Source of the DNA: Candidatus Iainarchaeum sp.
GTDB taxonomy: Archaea; Iainarchaeota; Iainarchaeia; Iainarchaeales; VGJJ01
Reading direction: 5' to 3'
Length of the DNA stretch: 32,000 nt
Assembly: GCA_030688545.1 (NCBI GenBank)
Contig: JAUYHT010000002.1
Span: 180,001 to 212,000 of the forward strand
Both the position numbers and the translations under genes were made by a program. This document shows, piece by piece, positions 15,327 through 24,373 of this stretch (the first letter of the stretch is position 1; every line of letters starts with the position of its first letter). Below the pieces are notes generated by a model that was not told the origin of the DNA, ran no database searches, and saw only the letters and a program-made list of their open reading frames with translations.

Positions 15327-18300
15327 TCAATCCCCTGATCGTCTATTAAACGCATTCTTTGGGGGGACGATTTTAGCATAGCCCACGTGTTCCCAATACT
15401 GGAGCATCTTCACCAAATACGTGGCGCCGATGAACCCCGCGAACTCGATGATGGCGAAAATGAACCCCATGGCAAGAGAGAGAAATAACCCAATGAACAA
15501 GGGCAATCCCATGAAGATGCCCGCGAGCACGGTGCGGATGACCCGCTCGCGCTGCTGCTGCGAAAAGGGTATCACCCCCTGCTGATGGACTTGGCGATAC
15601 AGATTATCCGATCCTATTCCAGCCAGGGCGCAGAATGCGATGAAGATGGCAAACGCCATGGGCCCGGCGATGGCGATAAGATTGGAGGTAAATAGCACGA
15701 GCGCACGAATCCCGCCGAAGATGGCATCCACCACCGTCCGGGGAATGTATAGGGGGGTGCCCACAAGGACAAGGTTGCCTTCCTCATCAAAACGGAACAC
15801 GCCCGAGAATATTGGTCGCTCGGATGGAGGGGGGGTGGTCACGCTCCCCCCAGGTAGGCTAAATGAAAAGGTGTGCGTGCGCTCATTTCCTAACCCATCC
15901 ATGGTTTCCACCACTAATTCCCCTCCCGTGGTGGGGGTGGATAAGGGAATGGTGCAGAGAATTGAGGGTTTGTCTCCCCCGCCCTCCACGCAGGAAGACG
16001 ATAACGCACTCCCCCCCATCCGCACCGTTTGAAGTTGGGGAATGGAAAAATCCGTCAAAGTGAATGAGAGCGACGTCACGGGTGATTCGATAACGCCACT
16101 CGGAAAAGGATTCACTATTTCCGGGCCAATATAATCCAGCACCACGTCTTCCAATAATTGCACGGCATTCTCGCGTCCATCCTCGCGCGCCGTAACCACT
16201 AAATCATACTTCCCTTCTTTCAGATCGGGGGAAGGGGTAAAGGGGATGGTGCATGAGTAAAGGGACCGCGTGCCCGTGCAACCTGTTTTCACCCCGCGAT
16301 GATCGGCGACGGGAAAGGATGCCAATTCAAATGGGTGTCCATCTGGTGAAAAAAATGCCACCATCACATCCAATGTTCCAGCAAAGGACGAATCAAATAG
16401 GCTCATCCGGAATGAATGGGGATTAGTTCCCCCCCATGACGAATTAGGTAAAGGATCATGAACCTGCAGACTGAGGGCGCTCACATCCAAGCGGATAGGG
16501 TTGGCACTCGAATCGATGGATTCCCCACCATCGCTATCTTGTAGGCGCATCACCACATAGTATTCCCCATCCGGGGCCACGGCGCCCGAGGAGGGGGCAT
16601 ACAACGTTACATCCACGCGGCAGGGTTGGGAAATGGAAAAATCTGTTCCCGCACAAATCCCTAATCCCCCGGAATTCTGCCAATGGGATAAAGGGGCGTG
16701 TTCGATCAGGGGGTATGTCAGTTCCCCCGGGTTGGGAGAAAGGAAGATGGAGACATACCCCTCCTCGGAGTCCCCATCCTGGGCGAGGAAAGAGACGTTT
16801 TCATTGTATGTGGTTGTAATATCCCCGGGTCGCACCCACTGCGCGGGCGATGCGGGATGCGTGACGGTTACCCGGGGTTGAACATTGGTTTCGTCCAGGG
16901 CATCACTTGAATACAGGTAGGCAATCCCATCCCGGTGAGCGGTGAAAAAGAATGTTTCATCCCCACTTGAAGCTGTCATCCCATCTGAGAGGCCAGTGAG
17001 AATCAGGGCTTGCGCATCCGGCCCGCTGATTGAACGGGGAGAAATGACAGTATTCTGCCCATCCAAGGAAGCGAAAATACTCATGGGATTCCGATCGGAA
17101 GGCTTGCCGGTTAACAGGTGCAAGCGCGTCCGTGAATTTGGATGAGTCACCAAACCATGGATAGCTACTTCTTCCAATCCTTCCCCATATGCCTGGGCGA
17201 CTCCATTCCAAATGGTGCGGGTGCAGTTGGATGCGCATTCCCATCCCACCGCATTATTTCCTTGGCGCGCGCCCATGAACCATACGCCCCCTCCAAAATC
17301 CAAAATGGGCTCGACAAAATTCCCGCTAGCTGGGAGAATCGCATGAGGGATTGTCCATTCATTGGCGGCGGGATCAAACTGCGCGAAATACAACATCGTG
17401 GACCCCACCCCTCCCGGAACGGGATAATCCACCCACCCCGCGACCAATGCCCCATCCGAGGATAATGCTAGCGTGGGCGAACGCGGATTACCATTACCTC
17501 CCCCCACTAGGATATCGGGACCATCCGATGGGGGTATCCAATTCACATGGGTGGCGGTGCAGTCCGCGAACGCGGCGCACGCATAATGAAATATTCCCTG
17601 GAGTCGCGTGACCAGGTTGGATTGTGCATCGTCGAACATCACATGCAACGCGTCCCCCCGAACCACCAGTTTAGGTTGCGAAAAGGAATAACGCCATCTC
17701 CCATTCTCGGTGGCGACAAGGGGATTTACGATACTAATGGCTTTGGACCAATCAGACCCCGAGGTGCAAGCACGGGAGGAAGGACATTGGCTGTAATAGA
17801 TGGCTGACTTCCCATTAGTATTATCGACGAGGGAAAACACCAGATGACTATTTCCATTAGGCGTTCGGGCCAGGGCGGGATGACGAGGAGTAACCGAACC
17901 TAATTCTAGATTCGCAGGCAACGCATCTTTGGTAATAAGCGTTGACAGGGGAAAGGGCGGGGAGAAAGAAGCCCCTCCATCATCAGTACGACGGAGCATC
18001 GCTCCTTGAGTCGTCTCATAGGCCACAAGTAAGCTCCCGCTCCCCAAATGGATTACCTTGGATTGGCGGAAATCCTGATCCGGCAAAACCATGGTGCCCC
18101 CACTCACGAGATACTGTTCGAATCCCACCACGCGAGAAGAATTAGGAAGAGGAGCACACGTGCCGGTAGCGAGGTTACAACACGCCCCATACACGGGGGC
18201 CCACCCCAAGTGCGCGGGAGTCGCGGGGCCGCTGCAGGAAAGGATGGGGGATAACGATCCTCCCGAGGTGCAAAGCGAGGACGTCGTACGCGAGCAGGGA

Positions 18301-18482
18301 AGGGAATCACAGACCACTAATGTTTGGAACGCCCCCTCCTCCGGGCAAACGGCTTGGAAAGAAGTAAACCCCCCCATTGGGGAAGGAGAATCGTTAGTAA
18401 AGCTACCGGATTGGCCAAATACCCCAGGGGTTAATAGAAGAATAACGATGAGACCAAACCCCCATTTTCCCCAGCCACGCAT
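15327..18482 (-). CDS. large (1051 aa) secreted/membrane protein: signal peptide, Cys-rich module, putative beta-propeller region, Ig-like region, polytopic C-terminal membrane domain
   Basis: The signal peptide is MRGWGKWGFGLIVILLLTPGVFGQ. Eight Cys lie within about 70 aa near the N-terminus. RTDDGGASFS is one Asp-box-like motif. The last roughly 170 aa contain 3-4 hydrophobic helices (LVLFTSNLIAIAGPMAFAIFIAFCALAGI; VLAGIFMGLPLFIGLFLSLAMGFIFAIIEFAGFIGATYLV). The ATG at 18482 is 21 nt from the TATA at 18503-18511. Confidence 0.75.
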   Translation of the reverse strand: MRGWGKWGFGLIVILLLTPGVFGQSGSFTNDSPSPMGGFTSFQAVCPEEGAFQTLVVCDSLPCSRTTSSLCTSGGSLSPILSCSGPATPAHLGWAPVYGACCNLATGTCAPLPNSSRVVGFEQYLVSGGTMVLPDQDFRQSKVIHLGSGSLLVAYETTQGAMLRRTDDGGASFSPPFPLSTLITKDALPANLELGSVTPRHPALARTPNGNSHLVFSLVDNTNGKSAIYYSQCPSSRACTSGSDWSKAISIVNPLVATENGRWRYSFSQPKLVVRGDALHVMFDDAQSNLVTRLQGIFHYACAAFADCTATHVNWIPPSDGPDILVGGGNGNPRSPTLALSSDGALVAGWVDYPVPGGVGSTMLYFAQFDPAANEWTIPHAILPASGNFVEPILDFGGGVWFMGARQGNNAVGWECASNCTRTIWNGVAQAYGEGLEEVAIHGLVTHPNSRTRLHLLTGKPSDRNPMSIFASLDGQNTVISPRSISGPDAQALILTGLSDGMTASSGDETFFFTAHRDGIAYLYSSDALDETNVQPRVTVTHPASPAQWVRPGDITTTYNENVSFLAQDGDSEEGYVSIFLSPNPGELTYPLIEHAPLSHWQNSGGLGICAGTDFSISQPCRVDVTLYAPSSGAVAPDGEYYVVMRLQDSDGGESIDSSANPIRLDVSALSLQVHDPLPNSSWGGTNPHSFRMSLFDSSFAGTLDVMVAFFSPDGHPFELASFPVADHRGVKTGCTGTRSLYSCTIPFTPSPDLKEGKYDLVVTAREDGRENAVQLLEDVVLDYIGPEIVNPFPSGVIESPVTSLSFTLTDFSIPQLQTVRMGGSALSSSCVEGGGDKPSILCTIPLSTPTTGGELVVETMDGLGNERTHTFSFSLPGGSVTTPPPSERPIFSGVFRFDEEGNLVLVGTPLYIPRTVVDAIFGGIRALVLFTSNLIAIAGPMAFAIFIAFCALAGIGSDNLYRQVHQQGVIPFSQQQRERVIRTVLAGIFMGLPLFIGLFLSLAMGFIFAIIEFAGFIGATYLVKMLQYWEHVGYAKIVPPKNAFNRRSGD

Positions 18483-18502
18483 GTCTTCACGAGGCGCGCC
18501 CG

Positions 18503-18511
18503 ATTAAAAAA
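18503..18511 (-). promoter_or_regulatory. TATA-like (TTTTTTAAT on minus) for 1051-aa protein gene
   Basis: It lies 21 nt upstream of the ATG at 18482. Confidence 0.5.
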
Positions 18512-18712
18512 GGCTCCGGCCCGATCCGTTGGGCCGCTTTCGATCGGTCGCTCCGAACCCGGATTATTTACGATACCCCTGGAGAAATATTTGAATCCCC
18601 CTCACGAACTCGAGTAAAGAGATTCTTTTGGATTCCAATTCTCCTTGAGGTCTCAGGTGGGAATCTGAACTCATCCAAATACCTTTATCGGCACAGATCG
18701 ATTATCCAGTGA

Positions 18713-18721
18713 ATATTAAAA
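18713..18721 (+). promoter_or_regulatory. TATA-like ATATTAAAA for methyltransferase gene
   Basis: It lies 23 nt upstream of the ATG at 18744. Confidence 0.5.
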
Positions 18722-18743
18722 GGCACATCCGTCTTTTTTCTTC

Positions 18744-19532
18744 ATGGAGAAAAAGAAACTTTGGTGGCGGATTCGAGGACTTTCAGAATTGAATGTCCGA
18801 TTTGATTCTAATATCGAACGTGTTGTCGAATCTCAATTGAAAAAATCAGGTAAAATACGAATTTTAGAAATTGGATTTGGAGAAGGTCGATTGCTCCTGG
18901 ATTTGCAAACCTTATTTCCTAAAAATTTGGAATTATTTGGAATTAATTTTACAAAAGAACACGGAATGCACCAGCGAAGCGATTTTGCCAAGAATGCCAA
19001 AATATTTGGATTAAAACCCATCAAAAAATTACCTAAACCATTTTTTTATGATGCGGGGCAAGGATTACATTTCAAAAATAGATCCATTGATGTTGTTCTA
19101 AGCCAGGTTGCCTTTCATTATGTCTCAGATAAAGCCCGCTTGTTAGAAGAAATTTGGAGAGTGCTCACGGTTGGCGGTATCGCTTTTGTCCACATTGAAA
19201 CAGTCGGAAATGATGATACGTTGCCCGATTTTATGGAAATTTCTCACGAAACGCCCCGTTTTGTAATCTACAAAAAAGGAAAAATAGTTAAATTATCTTC
19301 GATCATTAAACAATGCCGGAAAAAAGGGTTTGATATCAAATTTATTCGTCCAAAAGGGCATGAACGAAAACCAAACCTGATAATGAGAAAGAACACCATC
19401 AAGCCATTGAAGCTGAATCTCACGTTTGACCCGATTTCAACATTCAATTTGACTAAAATAAGAGGCGAAGACAAGCACAAAACAACCGGGAACGGCTGGT
19501 GGGGAACTCGAAGCGTTTACCATACAAAATGA
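18744..19532 (+). CDS. class I SAM-dependent methyltransferase
   Basis: Motif I is ILEIGFGEGRLLLDL. A post-I acidic residue and VLTVGGIAFV (motif IV/V-like) are present. The ATG at 18744 is 23 nt from ATATTAAAA (18713-18721). The gene is clearly AT-rich relative to its flanks. Confidence 0.8.
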   Translation: MEKKKLWWRIRGLSELNVRFDSNIERVVESQLKKSGKIRILEIGFGEGRLLLDLQTLFPKNLELFGINFTKEHGMHQRSDFAKNAKIFGLKPIKKLPKPFFYDAGQGLHFKNRSIDVVLSQVAFHYVSDKARLLEEIWRVLTVGGIAFVHIETVGNDDTLPDFMEISHETPRFVIYKKGKIVKLSSIIKQCRKKGFDIKFIRPKGHERKPNLIMRKNTIKPLKLNLTFDPISTFNLTKIRGEDKHKTTGNGWWGTRSVYHTK

Positions 19533-19803
19533 ATGGGAATGGTAACAATTGAATGACAATACGAGACTAAATGTTAAGTTGAAAAAAAAGGATCAACCCC
19601 ATCGTGGGAAGCATTAGGGGGGTGAATAGGAGAAAAAAGACCATCCCCGCTTTCCAGGGGAAAAAAACCGCTCTCTGGAAAAATAGATACTTAGGGGCCC
19701 TAATCAATAGGGTACGAAGAGGGAGGGTCTTTTGAAGGGGCACGTTGCCTTTAAAACTGGATTTACCCTATAGAAAGACTATAGACGGGGGTTGGATAAT
19801 CTT

Positions 19804-20211
19804 ATGGCCGATGACGAGACAATGGAATCAGAAACACCTACTCCTGAAGAGGCACCTTCAACGGTTCTTTCGGAAGAGGAAGGGACGATGGAGGAGAGCA
19901 AACTCCCCTTCCCCCGCGCCACCGTTACCAATATGATGCGCCAATACATGGACTCTGGAAAGCAGATCAAGGGACAAGTGAAAGACGAGATGAATATCTG
20001 GCTGGGAAAGATGGTGGAACGCATCTCCAAGAAGATGAATGCACACCCCTACACGTATGTCGATTTCGGGATGCTCCGCGAGGCCATCGACCCCTATGAA
20101 AGGATCCAGGACGTGGAACTCGAGAAGGAACACATCATCAAGCAATTGGAAGCCGTGAAAAGCCAATGCGATGTGCTCATCCGCGAAGTGGACCGGAAAT
20201 TCACCCTGTGA
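19804..20211 (+). CDS. histone-fold-like protein with acidic N-terminal tail and C-terminal coiled-coil-like helix
   Basis: LPFPRATVTNMMRQYM..KQIKGQVKDEMNIWLGKMVERISKKMNAHPYTYVDFGMLREAI parallels the archaeal histone / NF-Y layout LP.a.v.Ri.k...vs.da...l.......i...A...A...gRKTi...Di. The start is taken as ATG 19804, with TTG 19792 as an alternative. Confidence 0.5.
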   Translation: MADDETMESETPTPEEAPSTVLSEEEGTMEESKLPFPRATVTNMMRQYMDSGKQIKGQVKDEMNIWLGKMVERISKKMNAHPYTYVDFGMLREAIDPYERIQDVELEKEHIIKQLEAVKSQCDVLIREVDRKFTL

Positions 20212-20247
20212 CAATCAATTTCCGGTTGGTGAGATTACCATTATCAT

Positions 20248-20742
20248 TCAGCGGGCCGGCTCGAGTACCGGAACATTAAATCTCCCCACTTGCGGGAGGA
20301 CTTTCAATCCAAAACGCGCGAGACCAAAAAACACCCATAAGGACGCGTAGTCCACCAAAAAGTCCCTCACCGAGAACGCGAGGGACGGATGAGATGCGGT
20401 CAACCAATACCCGATGTTGTGAAGCACGACCGCGACCAGGAACAAGAGAGCGAGGTTCTTCCACTCTATTTTCCGGATGTGCTTCGCCAGGAGAAAAACC
20501 CACACGAAGATGAGGGCATGCATGAGTTGATGAAAAATGTAGTCGAATACGTGGATAGGGTTCCCGAAGACAGGTATGCCGATGAAGGGTAAGTCGAGCC
20601 ACATGGGTTGGCCGGCATACGAGACGCCATGGCCGAGGAAGATATAGAAGAGGATCACCTTGATGAAAATGAGAACCTGCAACGCCACATAAAAATTCCA
20701 GTGCCGCCTGAACAACGAATGATGGCGGTAGCCGACGTGCAT
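20248..20742 (-). CDS. polytopic integral membrane protein, His-rich loops, function unknown
   Basis: Four to five hydrophobic segments are visible. The ATG at 20742 is 24 nt from TATAAAAAT (20766-20774). Confidence 0.6.
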   Translation of the reverse strand: MHVGYRHHSLFRRHWNFYVALQVLIFIKVILFYIFLGHGVSYAGQPMWLDLPFIGIPVFGNPIHVFDYIFHQLMHALIFVWVFLLAKHIRKIEWKNLALLFLVAVVLHNIGYWLTASHPSLAFSVRDFLVDYASLWVFFGLARFGLKVLPQVGRFNVPVLEPAR

Positions 20743-20765
20743 GGGTTGCTCTTACAGGCTTGTGC

Positions 20766-20774
20766 TATAAAAAT
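20766..20774 (-). promoter_or_regulatory. TATA box (ATTTTTATA on minus) for membrane protein gene
   Basis: It lies 24 nt upstream of the ATG at 20742. Confidence 0.5.
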
Positions 20775-20864
20775 GGCATCCCCAATCTCTCATTAGAAAA
20801 AAGCGAAGTTTCGATCATTCTTTGTCCAAAGAATTGAGGCAGTCGAATTCTCTGCTGCCATACG

Positions 20865-20871
20865 TTTAATA
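20865..20871 (+). promoter_or_regulatory. TATA-like TTTAATA for basic HTH protein gene
   Basis: It lies 23 nt upstream of the ATG at 20894. Confidence 0.5.
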
Positions 20872-20893
20872 GGATAAAGAACGAGTCTCGGTC

Positions 20894-21865
20894 ATGGTTA
20901 AAGGTAAACCCGGTCAAAAACCAAGGTCGACTGCTACCCGCACCCGCCGCCGGTTCAATAGATTTTCACTCGGGCGAGCAGCGGTGCTCTATAAACGCGG
21001 AATGCCACGCCACCTCGTATTAGAACACTACTTCCGCACCTACGCCAAAAAATGGGGCATTCGGGACTACTTCGAAATGTATCGTTATCTTTTTGAAAAG
21101 CGCCCTGGTCCAAGTCCCAATCTTGCAGAGCTGTTCGAGGGAAAATCAGAGGACCAGATTAGAGATGCATTTATAGTTTGGCGACAAAGAAGTTTGAAGT
21201 TCTCAAATCACGCTTCAAAACAATTGAAGAAATTATATGAAGAAGCAAAAAAAGACCCAGAAAGAGCCAAAAGATTCGGAGACGCATCAAGGGCCAACCT
21301 CGAAATAGCGAGAGCAAAACATGAAAGCCTCAGAGAAACAAACCCAGAATACCGCGAAAGCGTCAGAGACAAAGCAAGAGTCACCATCGTAAATGCAAGA
21401 GCAAAAGCAAAAAGACTCAGAAAAACAGACCCAAAATACGTAGAAAGAATCAGCGACCGAACGAAAGCGCTATGGAAAGACTCCGAATGGCGTGCCAATC
21501 AGACCGAACTCATCCGATCCGGCCTTCAACGTTATTGGTCATTGGTGAGAAAAGGATTACTGACAGAATTCCGGGGACGAGGACTCATCAAATCTACTGA
21601 TAATCGTGCCGAAAAAGGAGAAAAACTAATCGCTGGAACAACTAAAACCCCTCAATCGGAAGCCATAGAAAGAGAACGAAAAGAGCAAGTGGAAATAGCG
21701 ATCCAAAGACTCAAACCCGAAGAAGCAGAAGCGATTACATCAACCTTTTTTGAGGGAAACGACCTGTCAACTACCGCCGAAAACATGGGGATAACCCTAA
21801 CCCAGCTGAACAAAATATTAGATAATGCCTATCGAAAACTCGTCAAGGAACTGCGCAACATTTAA
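20894..21865 (+). CDS. highly basic protein with three 29-aa repeats and C-terminal sigma-70 region 4-like HTH
   Basis: The C-terminus LKPEEAEAITSTFFEGNDLSTTAENMGITLTQLNKILDNAYRKLVKEL fits the sigma-70 r4 / ECF pattern (L.p..r.v..l.y.eg.s..EIAe.lgis.gtVk.rl.rA..kL). The repeats start at DPERAK (aa 121), NPEYRE (aa 150) and DPKYVE (aa 179). The ATG at 20894 is 23 nt from TTTAATA (20865-20871). Confidence 0.65.
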   Translation: MVKGKPGQKPRSTATRTRRRFNRFSLGRAAVLYKRGMPRHLVLEHYFRTYAKKWGIRDYFEMYRYLFEKRPGPSPNLAELFEGKSEDQIRDAFIVWRQRSLKFSNHASKQLKKLYEEAKKDPERAKRFGDASRANLEIARAKHESLRETNPEYRESVRDKARVTIVNARAKAKRLRKTDPKYVERISDRTKALWKDSEWRANQTELIRSGLQRYWSLVRKGLLTEFRGRGLIKSTDNRAEKGEKLIAGTTKTPQSEAIERERKEQVEIAIQRLKPEEAEAITSTFFEGNDLSTTAENMGITLTQLNKILDNAYRKLVKELRNI

Positions 21866-21871
21866 TTTTGG

Positions 21872-21880
21872 AAAAAAAAA
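21872..21880 (-). terminator. oligo-T (T9 on minus) terminator for kinase-like gene
   Basis: An A9 run on the plus strand lies 15 nt downstream of the stop at 21895. Confidence 0.5.
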
Positions 21881-21894
21881 CCTTGCCGGGAAGA

Positions 21895-22473
21895 TTATAC
21901 AATCCCCAGACGCTCGCGCACGCGCAATGAGTATTGGGTTTTCCCGCTTAGCAACACATGATGGAGCTTGGACACGTTGTGCGGGCGTTCTTTCCAGACG
22001 GCTTTCTCAAAATCGAGGATACACGGGCGGCCATCAGGTCGTATGAGGATGTTATGGAGCTTCCCGCCCAGTTGACCATGGTCCAATCCCATCGTGTCCA
22101 ACTGATGCGCTTGCGTGAACAGATCCCGCAGAACTGGGTGCCATTCCCATTCAGGAGCGTCTCTGTCTAACCACTCCCCCAATGGAATGCCATCCACCCA
22201 TTCCATGAGAAGGATACGGGAGGAAGGGTCATGCGCCCGGAGACGAGGTCCTATTCCTTTGGCATTCGCGGCCCGGAGGTTTTCAGCCTCCCGCTCCACC
22301 ATTCGGGGACGCGTGGATAACGCGTGCTCGGCCTTGGCCGCCAAAAAATGGTTGTCCACCTGAACGCGCCAGATGCCCGCGCTCTTCCCGCGTGCATGAA
22401 AAAGGAATTGGGTGCCTCCTTTTTCCGCCAACCAGGCTTCCTGGGCTATGTTGAGCGTGGGCTGGAATATCAT
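21895..22473 (-). CDS. small protein-kinase-fold protein (RIO/Bud32-like, COG2112-like)
   Basis: The layout is a Gly-rich N-lobe, then LLMEWVDGIPL (hinge), LDHGQLGGKLHNILIRPDGRPCILDFEKA (catalytic loop HG.L...N + DFE in place of DFG). AGGAGGG lies 10-16 nt upstream of the ATG at 22473. Confidence 0.6.
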   Translation of the reverse strand: MIFQPTLNIAQEAWLAEKGGTQFLFHARGKSAGIWRVQVDNHFLAAKAEHALSTRPRMVEREAENLRAANAKGIGPRLRAHDPSSRILLMEWVDGIPLGEWLDRDAPEWEWHPVLRDLFTQAHQLDTMGLDHGQLGGKLHNILIRPDGRPCILDFEKAVWKERPHNVSKLHHVLLSGKTQYSLRVRERLGIV

Positions 22474-22664
22474 ACCTTTTTTCCCTCCTATTCAGCCAAA
22501 AACCCCACTCTTAATTTAACAGCCATATCCAGCGAAAAAATTCACTTTTTAAACTATTACTGATGGTATTGGGAATAGTATGGCGCCAGGAGACCCATCA
22601 AATAGGGTTTTGGCTCCAAAATTCACGATAAAAGACGAAAAATCTTATTTGGAGGGATAGCATA

Positions 22665-24305
22665 ATGGCAGACAATCGACAGATGAACCAACCCATGGTG
22701 TTTTTACCCGAGGGCAGCAAACGGGTGTTAGGGAGGGATGCCCAGCGCATCAATATCCTCATCGCCAAAGCCGTGGCGAACGCGGTGAAATCAACATTAG
22801 GGCCCAAGGGCATGGATAAAATGCTCGTGGATGATTTAGGGGATGTCACCATCTCCAATGATGGCGCCACCATCCTGGGGGAGATGCAAATAGACCACCC
22901 CGCCGGGAAGATGATGGTGGAAGTGGCCAAAACCCAGGACCATGAAGTGGGGGATGGAACGACCACCGCCGTTGTACTGGCTGGGGCGCTCCTGCAGAAA
23001 GCCGAAGCCATGCTGGATGATGATATCCACCCGAGCATTATTATCAATGGTTATCGAATGGCCGAGAGGAAAGCCAAAGAGATCGCTGCGAGCATCGCGG
23101 ATGACATCACATTCGAGGACGCGCGCACGCTCAAGAAAATCGCCATGACATCCATGACAGGAAAGTCGGCGGAATCCGAGGCTAGCCTGTCTGATCTGGT
23201 GGTTGAAGCCGTGCGAACGGTCGCGGAGAAAGAGGAAGGAAAATATTCAATTGATTCTTCCTACGTGAAGCTCGAGAAAAAAACCGGTGGAAGTTTACAT
23301 GAATCCGAATTGATCAAGGGAATCGTTCTGGACAAGGAAGTGGTTCACCCCGGCATGCCCCGGCAGATCGAGAACGCCAAGATCGCTCTCATCGATACGG
23401 CCCTCGAGATAAAAGAAACAGAGACCGATGCCAAGATCGAAATTACCTCGCCCGACCAATTGCAGGCCTTCCTGGACCAGGAAGAGGGCATGTTGAGGAA
23501 GATGGTGGAAAGCATCCAGAAGACGGGCGCTAATGTCGTGGTCTGCCAGAAGGGCATTGACGATCTAGCCCAACATTTCCTATCCAAGGAAGGTATTTTA
23601 GCCGTGCGCCGCGTGAAGCAGAGCGACCTCCAGAAGCTCGCCAAGAGCACCGGGGGAAAAATCGTCTCACGCCTCCATGACATCTCCAAAGAAGATTTAG
23701 GACACGCCAAGATCGTGCGCGAGAAAAAGATCTCGGGAGATAATATGGTTTTCGTGGAAGGATGCAAAAACCCGAAGGCCGTTACTATCCTCATCCGAGG
23801 GGGTTCCCAACATGTCGTGGACGAAGCCGAACGCGCCGTCAACGATGCATTAGGCTCGGTGAGCACCTCCATCAAAGACGGAAAAATTGTCTCAGGAGGA
23901 GGAAGCACGGAAATAGAAATCGCCATGCAGCTCAAGGAATTCGCTAAAGGAGTGGGGGGACGAGAACAGTTGGCCATCCACGCCTTCGCGGAAGCCATGG
24001 AAATAATCCCCAAGACGTTGGCGGAGACCGCGGGCATGGACTCCATCGACACACTGGTCGGGTTGCGCGCCCGGCACAAGGGGAAGGAAGGCAAGTATAT
24101 GGGAGTGAATGTCTACGATGCCAAAATTGATGATATGCGCAAGCTGAATGTCATCGAACCCCTGCGCATCAAAACGCAGGCCATCACCTCCGCCTCGGAA
24201 GTGGCCCAAATGATCCTCCGCATCGACGACATCATTGCCGCCACCTCCTCGGGAAGAGGAGCCCCGCCCGGCGGAATGCCGGACATGGGCGGCATGGATA
24301 TGTAA
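22665..24305 (+). CDS. ths: thermosome subunit (group II chaperonin)
   Basis: Family blocks present are [12 protein letters not shown], the [15 protein letters not shown] motif and [15 protein letters not shown]. The C-terminal tail is [17 protein letters not shown] lies 8 nt upstream of the ATG. Confidence 0.97.
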   Translation: MADNRQMNQPMVFLPEGSKRVLGRDAQRINILIAKAVANAVKSTLGPKGMDKMLVDDLGDVTISNDGATILGEMQIDHPAGKMMVEVAKTQDHEVGDGTTTAVVLAGALLQKAEAMLDDDIHPSIIINGYRMAERKAKEIAASIADDITFEDARTLKKIAMTSMTGKSAESEASLSDLVVEAVRTVAEKEEGKYSIDSSYVKLEKKTGGSLHESELIKGIVLDKEVVHPGMPRQIENAKIALIDTALEIKETETDAKIEITSPDQLQAFLDQEEGMLRKMVESIQKTGANVVVCQKGIDDLAQHFLSKEGILAVRRVKQSDLQKLAKSTGGKIVSRLHDISKEDLGHAKIVREKKISGDNMVFVEGCKNPKAVTILIRGGSQHVVDEAERAVNDALGSVSTSIKDGKIVSGGGSTEIEIAMQLKEFAKGVGGREQLAIHAFAEAMEIIPKTLAETAGMDSIDTLVGLRARHKGKEGKYMGVNVYDAKIDDMRKLNVIEPLRIKTQAITSASEVAQMILRIDDIIAATSSGRGAPPGGMPDMGGMDM

Positions 24306-24355
24306 AGGCCTTTTTAGAAAAAAGGCCTGCGAAAAAAAGGAATAACCTCTTTTTT
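24306..24355 (+). terminator. hairpin AGGCCTTTTT-AGA-AAAAAGGCCT (24306-24328) plus T6 (24350-24355) after thermosome gene
   Basis: A perfect 10-bp stem begins directly after the stop. On the minus strand, a T7 tract (the A-run at 24332-24338) could serve the convergent gene. Confidence 0.55.
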
Positions 24356-24373
24356 GGGGGGAGAAATTCCCCC

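Noticed and set aside
19767-19783. Palindromic direct repeat CTATAG-AAAGA-CTATAG upstream of the histone-fold-like gene
   Set aside because: It is short and AT-rich and probably just part of the TATA/initiator region. The spacing to the ATG at 19804 is ambiguous, so I did not call a promoter element from it.
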